From assembly GCA_001244265.2 (NCBI GenBank), contig CDLV01000011.1:992001-1056000 (forward strand): a DNA stretch of 64,000 nt. Direction: 5' to 3'. The notes below the pieces were generated by a model. The model ran no database searches. It saw only the letters and a list, made by a program, of their open reading frames with translations, and was not told the origin of the DNA. A program made the position numbers and the translations under genes. Positions 12,107-24,621 of this stretch are shown in pieces. This DNA is from Microbotryum violaceum. Taxonomy: Eukaryota. Each line of letters opens with the position of its first letter. Position 1 is the stretch's first letter.

Positions 12107-14464
12107 TCAAACCTCACGGTGCTCTAGCCGTGTCAAGCCTAGTACCCGAGGCTCGGCGCCGTTCGCACCTTCTTCGGGACGACCAGGTGCTGAAATGGCG
12201 CCGTTCGCACTTTCTTCGGGACCATCAGGTACTGAAATGGGAGCAGTCGCCCGGGCCATAATATGTGCATGATTCGCTTCGGCATTACGCCTCCGTTCGT
12301 AGACGGGAAGGTAACCCATCTCGGCTTGCTCATACTCGTCGACAGATGCAACTCCTGGCCTGCGTGGCTTAGACGGGGGTGCCGAATAGTCGAACGTAGT
12401 CGCAACCGGCTGCGAGGGTGCGGGTAGCAACGCCGCAAGAGGTGCGGAAGGCGCGGGAACAGGAGGATCAGATTCCGACGCGAATCCAAGCCACGCGTCT
12501 TCGCCATCATCTTCGGGCAACACCGGGGCTGTAGCTGAAGCCAAGGGATGGGTTCTTGAAGAGGTAGCTTGCGGTCCTTCCCTTGCGTCGTCGTTAACCA
12601 CCTGTTCACGAAGACGAGCCAAGATTGTCTTGTCATCGGTGGCAAGGTGGGCCGTAAAAATCGACGAGTCGTGCTGTGTCGCAGGGTGGCTGCGACCGAT
12701 ATCAAGAGATTCCTGCGGGGCCCTTGTCGACGATGAAGCGCCGGAAGAGAATGGCGTTGCCACTGATGCCGAGGACAGTCCTTTCTCGTTCGGCCAATGC
12801 CACATGTCCGCAGGATCATGATCTTCAACGGCAGGTCGTGAGCTAAACGCACGGGACGGCGAAAATCTGGTCGTCATGGCAATCGTTGTCGAAGACGGTC
12901 GATATGCGGGTGGTCCGGGAATCGGCAATGCTAGACCTGCAGTCGCTGGTGAAGCGCCGAACGTAGCCGTAGTCGACGTGTCCGGCAATACTTGCACGCG
13001 ATTGGGTCGGATTGGGTTGGGCCCATATAATACGGCCGGAGTAAAGGGCTCGCGAAGCCCACTTTCTCCCCGGTCGAAGACGCTGTGGCTGTGAGTGCTG
13101 GCTCTGGAGGACACGCGACTGAGGTCTTCCACGGACTGCGTGGTCGAAGCTGAGGGTGCACGGTCGAGCTCTCGAAATATGGTCGATGGCCCAGGTGACG
13201 GCGAGGGGGGTTGGCTGACTGCCGAGAGAAGGCGAGCTGCGATTCGAGCGGTGAGGGTGTTCTCAGGAGTATTGCGGCTCGAATGTGAGCCTGTGAGTGC
13301 CCGGCTTTCATCATCCTCGTCCTCGTCCTCGTCCGCGTCGCTGCGATCGTCATCGGCAGCGGCTCTGGCGGCACGCTGCTCACGACGACGACGTATTCGG
13401 GCAATCGTGGATGCGGTCGAGTTACGATAACCGCCGACTGGTCGCCCTGACGGACCCGCACGATGAAAGTTTACGTTGCCACTTCCGCCGTCACTGATGG
13501 ATCGTGCAGGTTCCGAACCGTTAGGATGTGCAGTGTCCTGGAATGAGGTAGACTCGCCTGCGACGGCCGCGACAGATAGACGCTTGCGTGGGGATTTGAC
13601 ACTGGTGCCTCCTTGCTTATTTCTCCCGCCCCGCGTCCGCCGCGACGCAAGGGAGCCAAGGCCAACCTGCTCCATGAGTTTCCCTACGCGTCCTTTCTCA
13701 AGCTCCGCGGGATGCTTGCGTTTCCTCCTGTGCTTCTTGCGTCGCCAAATCGCGGAGCCTACCACGGTCGCGATTACCAGGATTGCGACCAGGACCGAAA
13801 TGGCAACAATGACCGGCACAGCATAATAGTTCGTTTCTCTGGGTATCGATTTCCATCCGTCGGGTATCGTTATTTGTTTTGGTGTCGAAGTGGCTGACGC
13901 GCTGCTTGAAGACGTTGATGGAGTAGAGATGGCCAGGTTTTGCCGCTTCTTTAACCTCGCTAGGCCCCTGGACCGACGCAAGAGGACTTGCCAGTCGGAG
14001 GAAACGGCAACTGAAAATGACCTCGAAGTAAATGTTGGCCTCTGGAGAGCTGAGTATCCCGTTTGTCCACATAATTCATCAGTGCACCGAATACGTCTCT
14101 TGAAGTTCAAGCGATTCACTTGAGCCTCGGGCGGCGATGATGAAGAGGACGCGACAACCGCACGGCAGTTTATCAAGCATCCTGCCAGGATCCAGATGCC
14201 CCAATGCGGCGAACAAAGCTTCTTCGCGTGCGCGTGCGTTGCCGTCCTCTTAGGGCGTGTCGGGTGTTGGTGGGTGGTGCTTTGCCGCCCAGAGGAGGCC
14301 TGCAGCGACAGCGCGGCAGCATCCACAGCCCGGGCGCTGGAGCAATGGTCTCGAGAGACAAGGGCGATTGATTCCGCCGAAGAAATGAGGCTCCAAGACT
14401 TGACCGTGACGGACATCAGTCGGCGCTGTCGCTTGCTCGGAGGTGATGCTGATGTTGGAGTCAT
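12107..14464 (-). CDS. Low-complexity membrane protein with PY motifs
   Basis: Long intronless ORF; TM helix YYAVPVIVAISVLVAILVIATVVGSAIW followed by basic RRKKHRRKRK; PPAY, LPVY and HLATDDK motifs; start uncertain. Confidence 0.7.
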   Translation of the reverse strand: MTPTSASPPSKRQRRLMSVTVKSWSLISSAESIALVSRDHCSSARAVDAAALSLQASSGRQSTTHQHPTRPKRTATHAHAKKLCSPHWGIWILAGCLINCRAVVASSSSSPPEAQVNRLNFKRRIRCTDELCGQTGYSALQRPTFTSRSFSVAVSSDWQVLLRRSRGLARLKKRQNLAISTPSTSSSSASATSTPKQITIPDGWKSIPRETNYYAVPVIVAISVLVAILVIATVVGSAIWRRKKHRRKRKHPAELEKGRVGKLMEQVGLGSLASRRTRGGRNKQGGTSVKSPRKRLSVAAVAGESTSFQDTAHPNGSEPARSISDGGSGNVNFHRAGPSGRPVGGYRNSTASTIARIRRRREQRAARAAADDDRSDADEDEDEDDESRALTGSHSSRNTPENTLTARIAARLLSAVSQPPSPSPGPSTIFRELDRAPSASTTQSVEDLSRVSSRASTHSHSVFDRGESGLREPFTPAVLYGPNPIRPNRVQVLPDTSTTATFGASPATAGLALPIPGPPAYRPSSTTIAMTTRFSPSRAFSSRPAVEDHDPADMWHWPNEKGLSSASVATPFSSGASSSTRAPQESLDIGRSHPATQHDSSIFTAHLATDDKTILARLREQVVNDDAREGPQATSSRTHPLASATAPVLPEDDGEDAWLGFASESDPPVPAPSAPLAALLPAPSQPVATTFDYSAPPSKPRRPGVASVDEYEQAEMGYLPVYERRRNAEANHAHIMARATAPISVPDGPEESANGAISAPGRPEEGANGAEPRVLGLTRLEHREV
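12155..12238. repeat. 2 x 42-bp in-frame tandem repeat
   Basis: ggcgccgttcgcac...gaaat at 12155 and 12197. Confidence 0.85.
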
Positions 14465-14956
14465 GGCGCGACGGGGAAGCCGGGTGGAAAAGCGGTGCCG
14501 AGCACCCAATCGCGAGCCGGGAAGAAGCTCCTTACACCAGTCTACTCGTTCACGCAGGACAAAAAAGCAGTAAAACTGCGGGCTAAAACTGCGGGCCAAT
14601 ATTAGGGCAATGCTGAAAAGCCTGTGCATACATAAGCTATCGGGTGTCAGTCCAGGCTTGACGTCTAGCAAGCCGGGCCGGACCGTCAGCGCCGGCGATC
14701 AGGGAACGTCGTCGAGCAGCGACCGCCGACCAGAGTATTGTCATGGGGTTGCTTCCACACTCGACACACGATTAGGTGTAGAGAGCAGGCAGTGGCATCA
14801 AACGCACCTCGGGATGGCAGAATGGCTTGGCAAAGTCTTTCCAGCTGGTGTAGCAACCCCAGAACGAGCCGCAACTGGTCGACGAGGGTGGAGTGGAGGG
14901 GGGGCGGAGGGGGGGGTCGGCAGGGGGGTGCACGGGGCGGGGGGGCCAGGACAGCT

Positions 14957-15001
14957 AGGACCCCGAAAGCCCAGCCGGAGGCGCTTTTTTTTTTTTTGAC
15001 A
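14957..15001. mobile_element. Left TIR of the AGGACCC-type family, cut by a Helitron
   Basis: aggaccccgaaagcccagccggaggcgc resembles the ends at 16936, 18320, 24621 and 39462/39709. Confidence 0.65.
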
Positions 15002-16866
15002 CCAGTGGGAACCCGTTAAATTAACGGGAGGATCAAATTCAAAAAAAAAGCAGGATAATCGAACAGTCTACATGATCTCCGCGCAGAGGTTAAGAAAACA
15101 CCCTACGAAGTACAGCAAAGAAACAAATCCATTCATCCTACATTCATCGCCGAAACAGCCTGCATGTCGCTTGTTGCCGGATTTGGCTTCAAACACATGT
15201 GCAATGAGATCCGGACGGGTGCATGCTTTGTCATCCAGCCCCAGTGCAGCCTTGGTTTCCGGTGCTTCGGGGTCGTACGTCACCGTGATGAGCAGCGGAG
15301 GCTTTCCATGTTTGACAACGCACGCCATCGCATCCTGGTATCGCTGCGTGATGTCGCGATTTGGTTCGGGGTCAAGCCGTTGATGCCTTGGGTCGTGGTG
15401 AGGCGTAGGTTCTCTTGATGTAACCGGATGTGTTGAGTCAATCGGTCTTGACTTGGGAGTACATCCGTAATTCACGAACTCCAGGAAGGGACGTTGGGTG
15501 CAATGCGGGATTGAGAAGTGCTCGTCGCGTTTGGCAAGTAGTGCGCAAAGAATTGTGAACGCGAGACTTGCCACCTCGACCCCTTTACTTGACCTTCGTC
15601 CTAGGTGTTCAAAAGTTACTGTCAGTCTGTGCTTGCGCCTTAGACAGAATGGAACATCAGAGAAAGAGCCGAAGACGCGTACGTTCGCCATCACCATCCT
15701 CTTCGTCCCCTTCCTCGCCGTCTTCATCCTCATTGTCGCTGTCTTCGTCCTCCTCTTCGCCTCCGTCATCAAGACTGAGACCCGCAAGTACCTCGCGCGG
15801 TTGGACACCATTGTCGATCTGCTCTCGGTTTCTGGTGATTGGCAGCCCAGCTTGGCGAAACCCGCAAAGAGAAATGTTGGGGTGGAAGCCATCTTCCCCT
15901 GCAGGAAATAGTAGTGGCTACCGGAGAGGCAACGCAGACGGATGGAGCGAGCTGATGACTTGGTACTTGGGGCCGACCATCGGGACATCGATCACCGTGC
16001 ACCTGGAGAATACGGTCTTGAGGTCCACGATCTCCCATGTTGGTGTCGGAATCGCAGATAAGCATCGCCATTTCCGTGCTTGACGTAGGAAGGTTGTGGG
16101 TACGTCGGTCCCGGCCTGGCGGGAGGCAGAGGCGCAGGATCCACTCTTTGGCCGTATCCCAACCTGCGCGAGCTTTGGCCGATGCGAACTCCCTCACAAA
16201 GCGATTGCCGGTGCGCAGAATGGACTCAAGCTTGGTCAAAGTAGATCGTTGCATGCGACTGTCTGCGCCGTCGGGTCCAAGTCGAGTGTCGGTGGCCTCG
16301 GCCGGGTCGATCAGCCATGTTTGAGCAAAGGTTGGGCGTTGAGTCACGGCAGGGATCAGGGCGCCGAGTCGATGGTAGAGGCGACCAAACACGCGAAACA
16401 CAGGGGGTCCTAGCGTGCCCACTTGAGTTTGGTCCCAGAGGGCAGCGAGCGAAGTGAACGACAACGCGTTGTTGTACGACCGGGCATTCTCGCGGAATGC
16501 AACCGCTTATGTGTGGGTGGGTAGAACAATTCAGCATGGGGTCTACTGCAGACGAACGTTGTTGGACGGAGCAACTGACCGCTATCCGAGCCTTCAAGAA
16601 GCTGCCCATACTCGAGATTGGGCTGGGGAGGGGGAGGTAGCCGCACCTTGCCCTGCGAAAACGTGGGGCTTGAGGGGTTTGAGCGCGATTCGAGCCCGGC
16701 GCACTCGCCTTTGCGGAGGTGGTGGTGGGGCGAGCCCAGCGTCGAGTTGGCCATCGCGCTGACCACGCTGTCCGTTCTGCACAGCTGCACGGCGGGCTCG
16801 TATACGTGTCGCAATGCCAAGATCGGTTGAATTGTTGTCATGACGCGCGGGGGCTGATTCTGTTGA
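15002..16866 (-). mobile_element. Internally deleted, frameshifted Helitron (N-terminal and Rep motif 1 remnants, no helicase)
   Basis: 3' hairpin CCCGTTAA-T-TTAACGGG then CTGG|T; FRVFGRLYHRLGALIP, LLFPAGEDGFHP, YQDAMACVVKHGKP..ITVT, RPDLIAHVF; A|TC 5' end at 16866 or 16857. Confidence 0.9.
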
Positions 16867-16935
16867 TCGGAGCGGGACGAAGAGGAGGGTCGAGCCGCGG
16901 GCGCCCAGCAGCGGGCGCTCGAGCAGGCCCATGGT

Positions 16936-18320
16936 AGGACCCCGAAAGCCCGGCCTGAGGCGCGTAGCGCCCAACTGGACAAATTTGGGGCCTCAGATGG
17001 GCCAAAATCGCCACGACGCGTAGTCGGGGGTGGACAAATCATGGTGCGCCGGTGTGGGTGGGGTCCCAGGCCCGTAGGTTTCAGTGGACAAATCGGGACC
17101 CATTTCGGCCACGTTCGGCTTGGAAAGCCAAAGTTTGCCGACCCTCAAGAGCAGCGGGAGCGCGCGCGAAACATTCCGGGCTGTACCGAATTCACAACAA
17201 CGGCTCTAATTGATGGATATTTTGCACTTCCAACATTTATTCTTACAAATCTACAATTAATTTGATCGACTTGCTCTAACCTTCGGTTTTCATGAATTAT
17301 AACCTCTTGGCTAGTTGAACGAAGCGTTTGAAAATTTGAACGTTCGAGTGCGCGCGTCTCTTGCCTTCCCCGCCACGTCGCGTCGACGTCGTCTGTGCCA
17401 TCATCGCCAATATCCTACATTCTCGGCACGGCTTGCTTTGACGAAACGTAGAGGTCCGGATATCGATCTCTTTGACGATGATTTTGAGCGAATGGCACCC
17501 CTCTTGGACGTGAGGGTGTCTGAGCTTTTCGCCTCCAGCTTTGACAAACCAGCCAATGCACCCGGATTCAGCTTAAACAGCTTTCACGGTCGACAGACGA
17601 GCCTCTCGAGTTTGAATCCCTTGCTAGGCCGCTCGATGCTTTGAGGGACAAGTTGAAGATCGTGGAGCAATCCTTGCGGCACGTAGGCAAGGCCACCCGT
17701 CTATCATTATCGGCTGCCTTTCGACGTCGAATCTGGCGGCATATGCATCACGCTGAGCGCATGCGTTCGGTTGTTCTCAGTAGCCAAGAGTTGGTGAAGT
17801 TATCCGCGTGTCGGCATCGAAGATCAACGTCCCTTCGTTAGAGCTCTGGAGGTGATGCCGTCACTGCTCGTTGAGGAGCAATTACCCCCTCAATGAACCT
17901 GGGGGTTCGTAGATCTCACTGTAGCTAGCTTACTGCTTCGCAGAGTGACTGCAATCGATCTTACCTCTCGTGGTTCGTTACATGTATGCTATGGCCACGT
18001 TAAATCATAGGCAAAGAGGCAGGCAGTAAGTGCAGGTGGGGAGCCCTCGGCGAAGCAGAACCGAAACGGCTGACGCGCGCGCGGGCTCCGCCGATTCGGC
18101 CCGAGCGAAAAACGTCCGGACGGCGTTTTCGCGATTTTGAAAGATGTTTTAGAGTATTTGAAGCAATTCTAGAGCTATTTTTAGAGGCGCGTAGATGGAC
18201 TGGACATTTTGGGGACATTTTTGGGCCAAAATTCCAAAAAATGGTGGACAAATGAGGTCCAAAATCGGCGATTTTCCCGGATTTTACCTACGCGCCTCAG
18301 GCTGGGCTTTCATGGGTCCT
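16936..18320. mobile_element. 1.4-kb non-autonomous TIR transposon with 8-bp TSD
   Basis: ~32-bp imperfect TIRs starting AGGACCC; TSD CCCATGGT at 16928-16935 and 18321-18328; subterminal ggacaaat repeats. Confidence 0.9.
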
Positions 18321-18597
18321 CCCATGGTAGCCCATGGTACGGCGGCGCTACCCTCGCGCCCAAGACTTGGCGAGGTTGCGATGGCCCTCCCTGAGTCCCT
18401 GGCGACCTTGGGACCGGGACATAGCAGCGAGGGTTTGTTCTTGAATGAGTGTCACTAAAATTGGATGAGAGTGAGAGGGAGAAAGGAAAGGTTCGAGGGA
18501 GTGGCGCAGGATTATTTACGTGGTTTGATTTGTTGTTCAGCCCCTAATGCCGCTGGTCGACTGCCGGACGCCGTATCCGAGTTCGAGCCGACCTTCC

Positions 18598-21500
18598 ATG
18601 AGCATCAGACCCGCCCCGATAGCAACACCCGTGTATAATTCAACAAAGCTCACAATCTTCGAGAATTGTACGCCTCCGGCTATCGATCCATCGAGGTTCG
18701 ATCCCCTTGCACGTCGATAGTGGAGCACATGCCAATCGGTTCCGAAGCATTCTGGCAACATCTGGACTCTGTCGAGCAGCTGAAGTCAACCATCTCGGAT
18801 AAAATCGATTGGCTAAGCACTGTTAAGGTCAATGAATGACAAAGGCGACGCCGCGTACATCAAGCTGGCGCGAGCGAAGTTGTTGGCTTTGCACTGTTTT
18901 CGCTCGTATGGGATGCCACTTTTCGAAGACGGTCATCTGATCACACTCGATCATCTTCTTGAATTTCTTGGTACGTGGACGTCTGATCTGAAGGAGAGCA
19001 CACTTACTGACACAAAGTGGATTTCAACAGCACTCTAACGGACAATGGCACTTCCTGGCTCTCCATGGACACGCTTGACGTCGCTATGAAGAGCACACAT
19101 GCGATCAATCCTCGACATGCATCGATCTCGGACCTCGTACAATCCAGTGTGGTCTACTTCTTTCAACAACACCACTGCCAGAAACGACGACAACGATTCG
19201 AAGGAGATCTTCATTTAGTACACATTCGCGCGCGGGTCTTTGCAGGCGAGTGCAAGATCATTTACATGCCACTCTATCTCGAAGAGTCTCGTCATTGGGT
19301 TATTGCTCGCGCGGATGTCAAAAAGAAGACTTGGGAACTTGCAAACTCGCTCAAGGCTTGTTCGCTGGAAACGAAAAACGCGCGAGGCTGCGCTCGACGC
19401 TCTCAATTTCCCCAACGTCGTCATTCCAAGCACGCAGCCACCAACGGTGATGCCTATACCTCAACAACTTGATGGCGACTCTTGCGGGCCCGCATGTATC
19501 AGCATACTCGAAAAGGACTGTCTTGGTCTGCCTTCCTTCGACCCTTCGATTCGAGCCAATTCCTGCGACTGGCCCATGAATGTCTTGTGGCCTCAACCTA
19601 CGACACTATGGAGGACGTGAATGCGAGTCTCGAATCGGAGCTCAGCCAGATGGTACTGGAAACGGCAACCGAGACATCTCGCAACGTATCAAGTGTTCTG
19701 GACATTCTGGCGTCGAGCGAAAATCTCCTGCCAAGCGGCTCGATAACAGTCGAATCCGCCGTCGATCCTGCAAGCTCAAGTTTGGAGAAAGCAACGCAGC
19801 ATCCAAACACAATTGCGGCGTGGGGCGAACTCCTGTCATCCAAGACGCCCGTCGATCCAGTGGTTCAGAAGAACGCTCCAAGCAGCAAATCCCAGTCTGC
19901 CAAAGGAGATCACAAACACGCCACCAAGCTGAAGCAAGAAGGACAGAACGCCGAGTGGTCACGTACAGCACGGGGAAATCCCGAAAAATTCCAGGCAATG
20001 CAGGAAAAGGTCGAGAAGTTGATGTCTGGTTCGCGAGTAACCGTTTCCAGACCGCAGGATGTCACGTGCAGACGCTGTGCAAATGTCGTGAAGTTGCGTC
20101 GCGATTTCGATGTCACTCGCTTCGAGAATCACCTCACAAAATGCCGCGGAAGTCAACAAAGCAACGGGTCGATCACTGGCTTTCTCACCAGAGCTGCTGA
20201 TCCGCCAAGACCTCTTCAACCGCCGCAATGTCCCGGATTGCGCGAAGGCGAATTTCTCAAGTATCTCGAGGCAACCTCGGCAATTGGAGGAGGCGCAACA
20301 CCACGTCATGAGATTATCATGGATCTCTTTCCAAAGCGCGCCAAGCAGTTCAATAAGAATCGGTCCTATGACCCCTTGGACGACGAAGAGAAGCAGCAAG
20401 TTGACCTTGAGGAGGAAGCGCATTTCGTGTGGGTCAACAACCACGCTTTGAAGAATGTCAAAAGCAAGAGCTGTACCAGCAAGGGTAGTTGGAAGCAGTT
20501 AGGGCCAAAATCGCAAGCTCTTGCTTGCATTAAGTGCCGGAATCTGCTTCTCATTACAACTTTCCGCAAGGCTCTTATTCGCAAGCGTGTCACCGGGAAG
20601 ACTGCCAAGTACACTCGCAACGCATGGAAAGGCGCAAGCACATTGATCAGCAACATCTACAAGCGGTACGCGGGCCTCGAATGTCTTTTTAATGGACGAG
20701 GAAAACGCACACCTTTTCTCCGATTTGCTCAAGGTGTCGCCAAGAAAAAGTTCAAGGGGACGGCCATCCTCTCCGGAATGATCGAGGCGGCCGTTATCAG
20801 ATCGGATCGCGAGGCGAAAGGATCTTCGCTCAGGGGTTATCGCCGGAACCAAGCCCTCCTCAACTATGAGCACGCTCTTGCTTTGGCCTCGCCTGCGACT
20901 TACCGGATCCACCAAGCCAGCATTGGGGGCTCGACTTTTCGCAAATTCCGGTGAGACTCACGTTTGTGCAAGCATTTGCCAGGTGATGATGCTAATATGC
21001 TGCAAGGTGATAACTCCCCAGAGCACTTCGAGCCACCGTCGAAAATCTGCAATTAGGAATTCACATGCCGACCATACTACTCGTTGCTGCGTATCTTCGA
21101 GAAATCGGATGCACCTTCAATCTCCACATGGATGATACCAAACTTCGACCTCGCAGTGTCTACGTTGACGGGCAGGTTGGGCCGCAGTCTTACGAGCTGG
21201 TCGGTACGGAAGGCAATCCCATTCCCTACGATACGTCTGAGGCTCTTCAAGCCCTCTTTGGTGGGGCCGATCCTCCCGTGGCAGGCACAAAGGTGGGCGG
21301 ATGGTGCTTTCTCCCGCGCGGTTGCAGCTACCTCTCTGAAGTTCTTCGCTCGTACTACAGATTCGAGTTTATATGGTAGCCCCGAACCAACTTGGAGCAC
21401 GAGCTCGATTATTCGCCGCATTTGTCATTGGCGACAAGGTTGATACATCTGCAAGCGTGGCGCAGATGGTCGATATATTGGAAACGATCGAAAGATGCAA

Positions 21501-24400
21501 GCTTTCGGACATGCTGGCTTCCATATCGGCAGATGGCGCGGCAACAGAAGGTGTCATTCAGCGTGAAGTCGCCGCAATCTTCGAGCGCAAGTCGTCGAAC
21601 CAACAGGCAGCCTGGAAGATCCCACCACCCTCTTTGTCGTCATCTGTTTTCTCCCCGTGGAGATCTCATCGGTTTGGATCGGAACCACCCCAACTGCTAT
21701 GGGTCGCGACCCAAAGCATGTTGGCAAGAATCTCCTCAACTCTTCCAATTCCGGAGGGCGGGCCATTATTGGAGGAACCGGCTGCGTCGGGCATCAAGAC
21801 TTCTTGACGCTCATCAGGGTCGAAGATTCGAGTCGAAAGATACTATACAACCGTGACGCGGAGACCCGTGATCGACAAGACGACAACGCCGCTCACAGAG
21901 CCTTCTCAGCTGCTACTCTCGAACTGGCTGCGGACGAGTGCAACGCCGGCAATCTGGACCAAGATGCAGTCGTCTTCCTTTTCCTCTGTGGAGAGCTACA
22001 TGACGCCATACAGAACCGCTCTTTACAGCCACTAGAAAGGGTGAAGAGGCTCCTCACCGTTTGCTATGCATTTGAAGGGTGGTCCAAGTTCGTCAGAGTC
22101 TTCCCCGAGTACTCTGGTGATCATTTCCTCAGCGCAGCGACTCTGGACGGCGTCTACAAGGTGGTCAATTGCTGCATCGCACTCATTCGCAACTATCGCG
22201 ATTATTGGCCATCCGAAGTTTTTCTACCCTGGCGCCATGGCACGGAGATGGTCGAGCACTTTTTCGGCAGCCTACGGAAGATTGTCCCGGAATTTGACGC
22301 CCTAGATTTTCTTCAAGTGAGGGGACGCGCTCTGAGCTGATCATTCTTTTGTTGTGAGATGAGATCTAATCTCCATAGGCTATTCTACTGTGCAGGCAGC
22401 ATCCAAAATTTCGCTGCTCATGGACTTCTCGCTTCAAGTGAATGCCTCGCAAACAGACAGCTCAACTGGATACCATCACACGTATGACGACACAACCGCA
22501 ATCAATCTTTCGGCTCTTGGCTCGTATCCTTCGGATACACAGATCATACAAGCGAGCCAAGAAGCCGTGCGACTAGCTCGTGATCTACTCGAAGCGACAA
22601 AGATGTGGCCAAACTTGGTCGAGGCTGGAGCGCGCCCACCGAATCAATTTCAAGAGGACATCATGGTAGATGAAGGTGAGAGTGAAACTGTCGCCTGCCA
22701 AGTCTCTTCCTATATCACTGTAGTAAATGACACACAGCCTATCATATATCAGATGCGCATGATTTATTAGTCGACGACCCCAGTCCGGCGGAGCTCGTCG
22801 ATTGTGCACTGGATCAAATTCGAAACGGAGCTACCAGTGATAGGGTCACCCTTCAATTGGAGGAACAGGCTGCAGTTGAAAGCGCAATCTGCGCATTGAC
22901 AGCTCTTGACATTGACGTTGAGGATATGCTGTGAGCTGACAGTCAAGAGTCTTTCTAAATTCAACTTTGAAGCTGATTGAACGACTGACCTTTCTTCAGG
23001 GACTCAATTCAGACTCATTATGACCAAGCTCGCCAGCAACAAGCAGAGGCGGAGGAGGGGAACAAGGTGCAGGAAGAACTCAACCAGCACTATGCTGAGT
23101 TCCAACCTGCGGGCTTGCACGAAAAAGCCAAGGTAAATTATTAACGGGTGTCGGTGGTCACTGCATGGTCGATTTCGGGGACTGAGATTATTGTTCTCAT
23201 TGCCCACTATCTTCAGGTCGATATGCTACCTTTAGGTGGTCTAGCACAACGAAGCCAGCGCGGAGCCGAGTTATTGCTCAATCACCTCAAGGCTCATCGG
23301 AATGCTCACCAATGCGACCATCTTAAAGCCATTTTACGAAAAGGTCGGCAATCCGCCGCAATATCATCCACAGCTTCTGACTCCAACGGATCGAATCAAT
23401 CGCCTCAAGGATCACATGCTGCTGTTCATTCGGCTATTTTGCGCGGTCTGCTTGAATCCAGGAACGATGAGCGATGGCAAAAACTCACGGGAATGTCTCG
23501 GAATGTCCGTTGGACCGGGGGTGGAACGGCCGGTCGAGAGATGACCGAACACGAAGTCGAAACAAGGCAAAACACGCAGGACGCAAGATCGCATGTATGC
23601 AGAATTTTGGAGAAAATCACCTGCTTTTTTCTGAATTAACATCTTGCTGCGATGTTGAATAGAAAGGGATAGGAGCTCGGGCCGTTCGCTACCGACAGCT
23701 CGACCAGCAACATCCACACCTCGGCGCAAGCAATGGCTCCGTATCGGCCAAGAATCCATTGAAGATCGGCTCCTTAGTTGTCTTTGGACTACATCACACA
23801 CAAAGCTGTGATGAACTTCCCAATCGCAACAGCCGCGGCCAAGTTCGAATCTTCTTCTTGAATGGTCACCGGGTCGTCAGCTGCCTTGACACCTACAACT
23901 CGAGCATGCAGACCGTTGAGCCCCTAGCTGGTTTTGGCTTCGACGGCCACACTTGGCGAGTCCTGGCATAGCAAAAAACGGGGGTATTTCGGGTATGGCT
24001 TTGGGAGTGCGCGCTCTGCCGAGACGATCCCGGCGCCATCCCAGCACCATCCAGGCGCTCGGCGCTCAAATCTAGGACGATCCTGGATGGTCCCAAGAGG
24101 GCGAGCGCGTGCCGGGATGGTGCTGGGATGGCGCCGGGATCGTCTCGGCAGAGTGCGCACTCCCAAAGCCATACCCGAAATACCCCCGTTTTTTTGCTAT
24201 GGGACCCACAGGCGCAAGCGCGATATTGCCAGCTGCAAAGCTTCAAAGAGGTCCTTGCAGCGTTCATGGCCCCGATTCGGAAGGGACTTGCGCATGCTGG
24301 CGAGGAGAGGGGCAATGCAGCCGGAGGGAGCGGAGCCGATAAGGTGTCGGGACCTTCGCAGGGTCCAAGTGGCCGGCTGTCAAAGCGGACGCGACGTTAG
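18598..24400 (+). pseudogene. Decayed multi-exon transposase gene: Ulp1/C48 peptidase, Zn finger and P-element/THAP9-like DDE domain
   Basis: RHWV..NSL..PQQLDGDSCG (19290-19490); CxxC..H..C (~20065-20145); MDDTK (21128), SADG (21532), DPKHVGKN (21708), EHFFGSLR (22254); frameshifts near 19380, 19560 and 21655; 5' limit approximate. Confidence 0.75.
23967..24201. mobile_element. MITE with ~85-bp TIRs, CA..TG ends and 2-bp TSD (GG)
   Basis: catagcaaaaaacggggg.../...cccccgtttttttgctatg; removing it and one GG restores the frame WRVL|DPQAQARY. Confidence 0.9.
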
Positions 24401-24554
24401 TACCGGGTCGCGTCGTCGGAGCGATTTTTCGTATTTCTGGCTGTTGGAGAGCGATTTTTGGGCAGTTTTGCGACATTGAATTTTCATGTTTTCGGAAGTT
24501 TTTCAATGTACGACCGAAAATACGTACAAATCGACCCCTCAGACACCTCATCCC

Positions 24555-24621
24555 GATGTACAAATCGGCCAAAAATCGCCGTTTTTCAAGACGCACATTG
24601 GGCTGAGCTTTCCCGGGTCCT
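24555..24621. mobile_element. Right end of the AGGACCC-type element, ~220 bp downstream of the transposase stop
   Basis: ggctgagctttcccgggtcct; ~65 bp similar to the MITE right end at 39645-39709. Confidence 0.7.

Noticed and set aside
14885-14950. G-run tract with G-quadruplex potential
   Set aside because: No supporting evidence of function
15068-16464. 306-aa and 231-aa ORFs and a hydrophobic antisense ORF as captured genes
   Set aside because: They are frameshifted pieces or shadows of the Helitron protein
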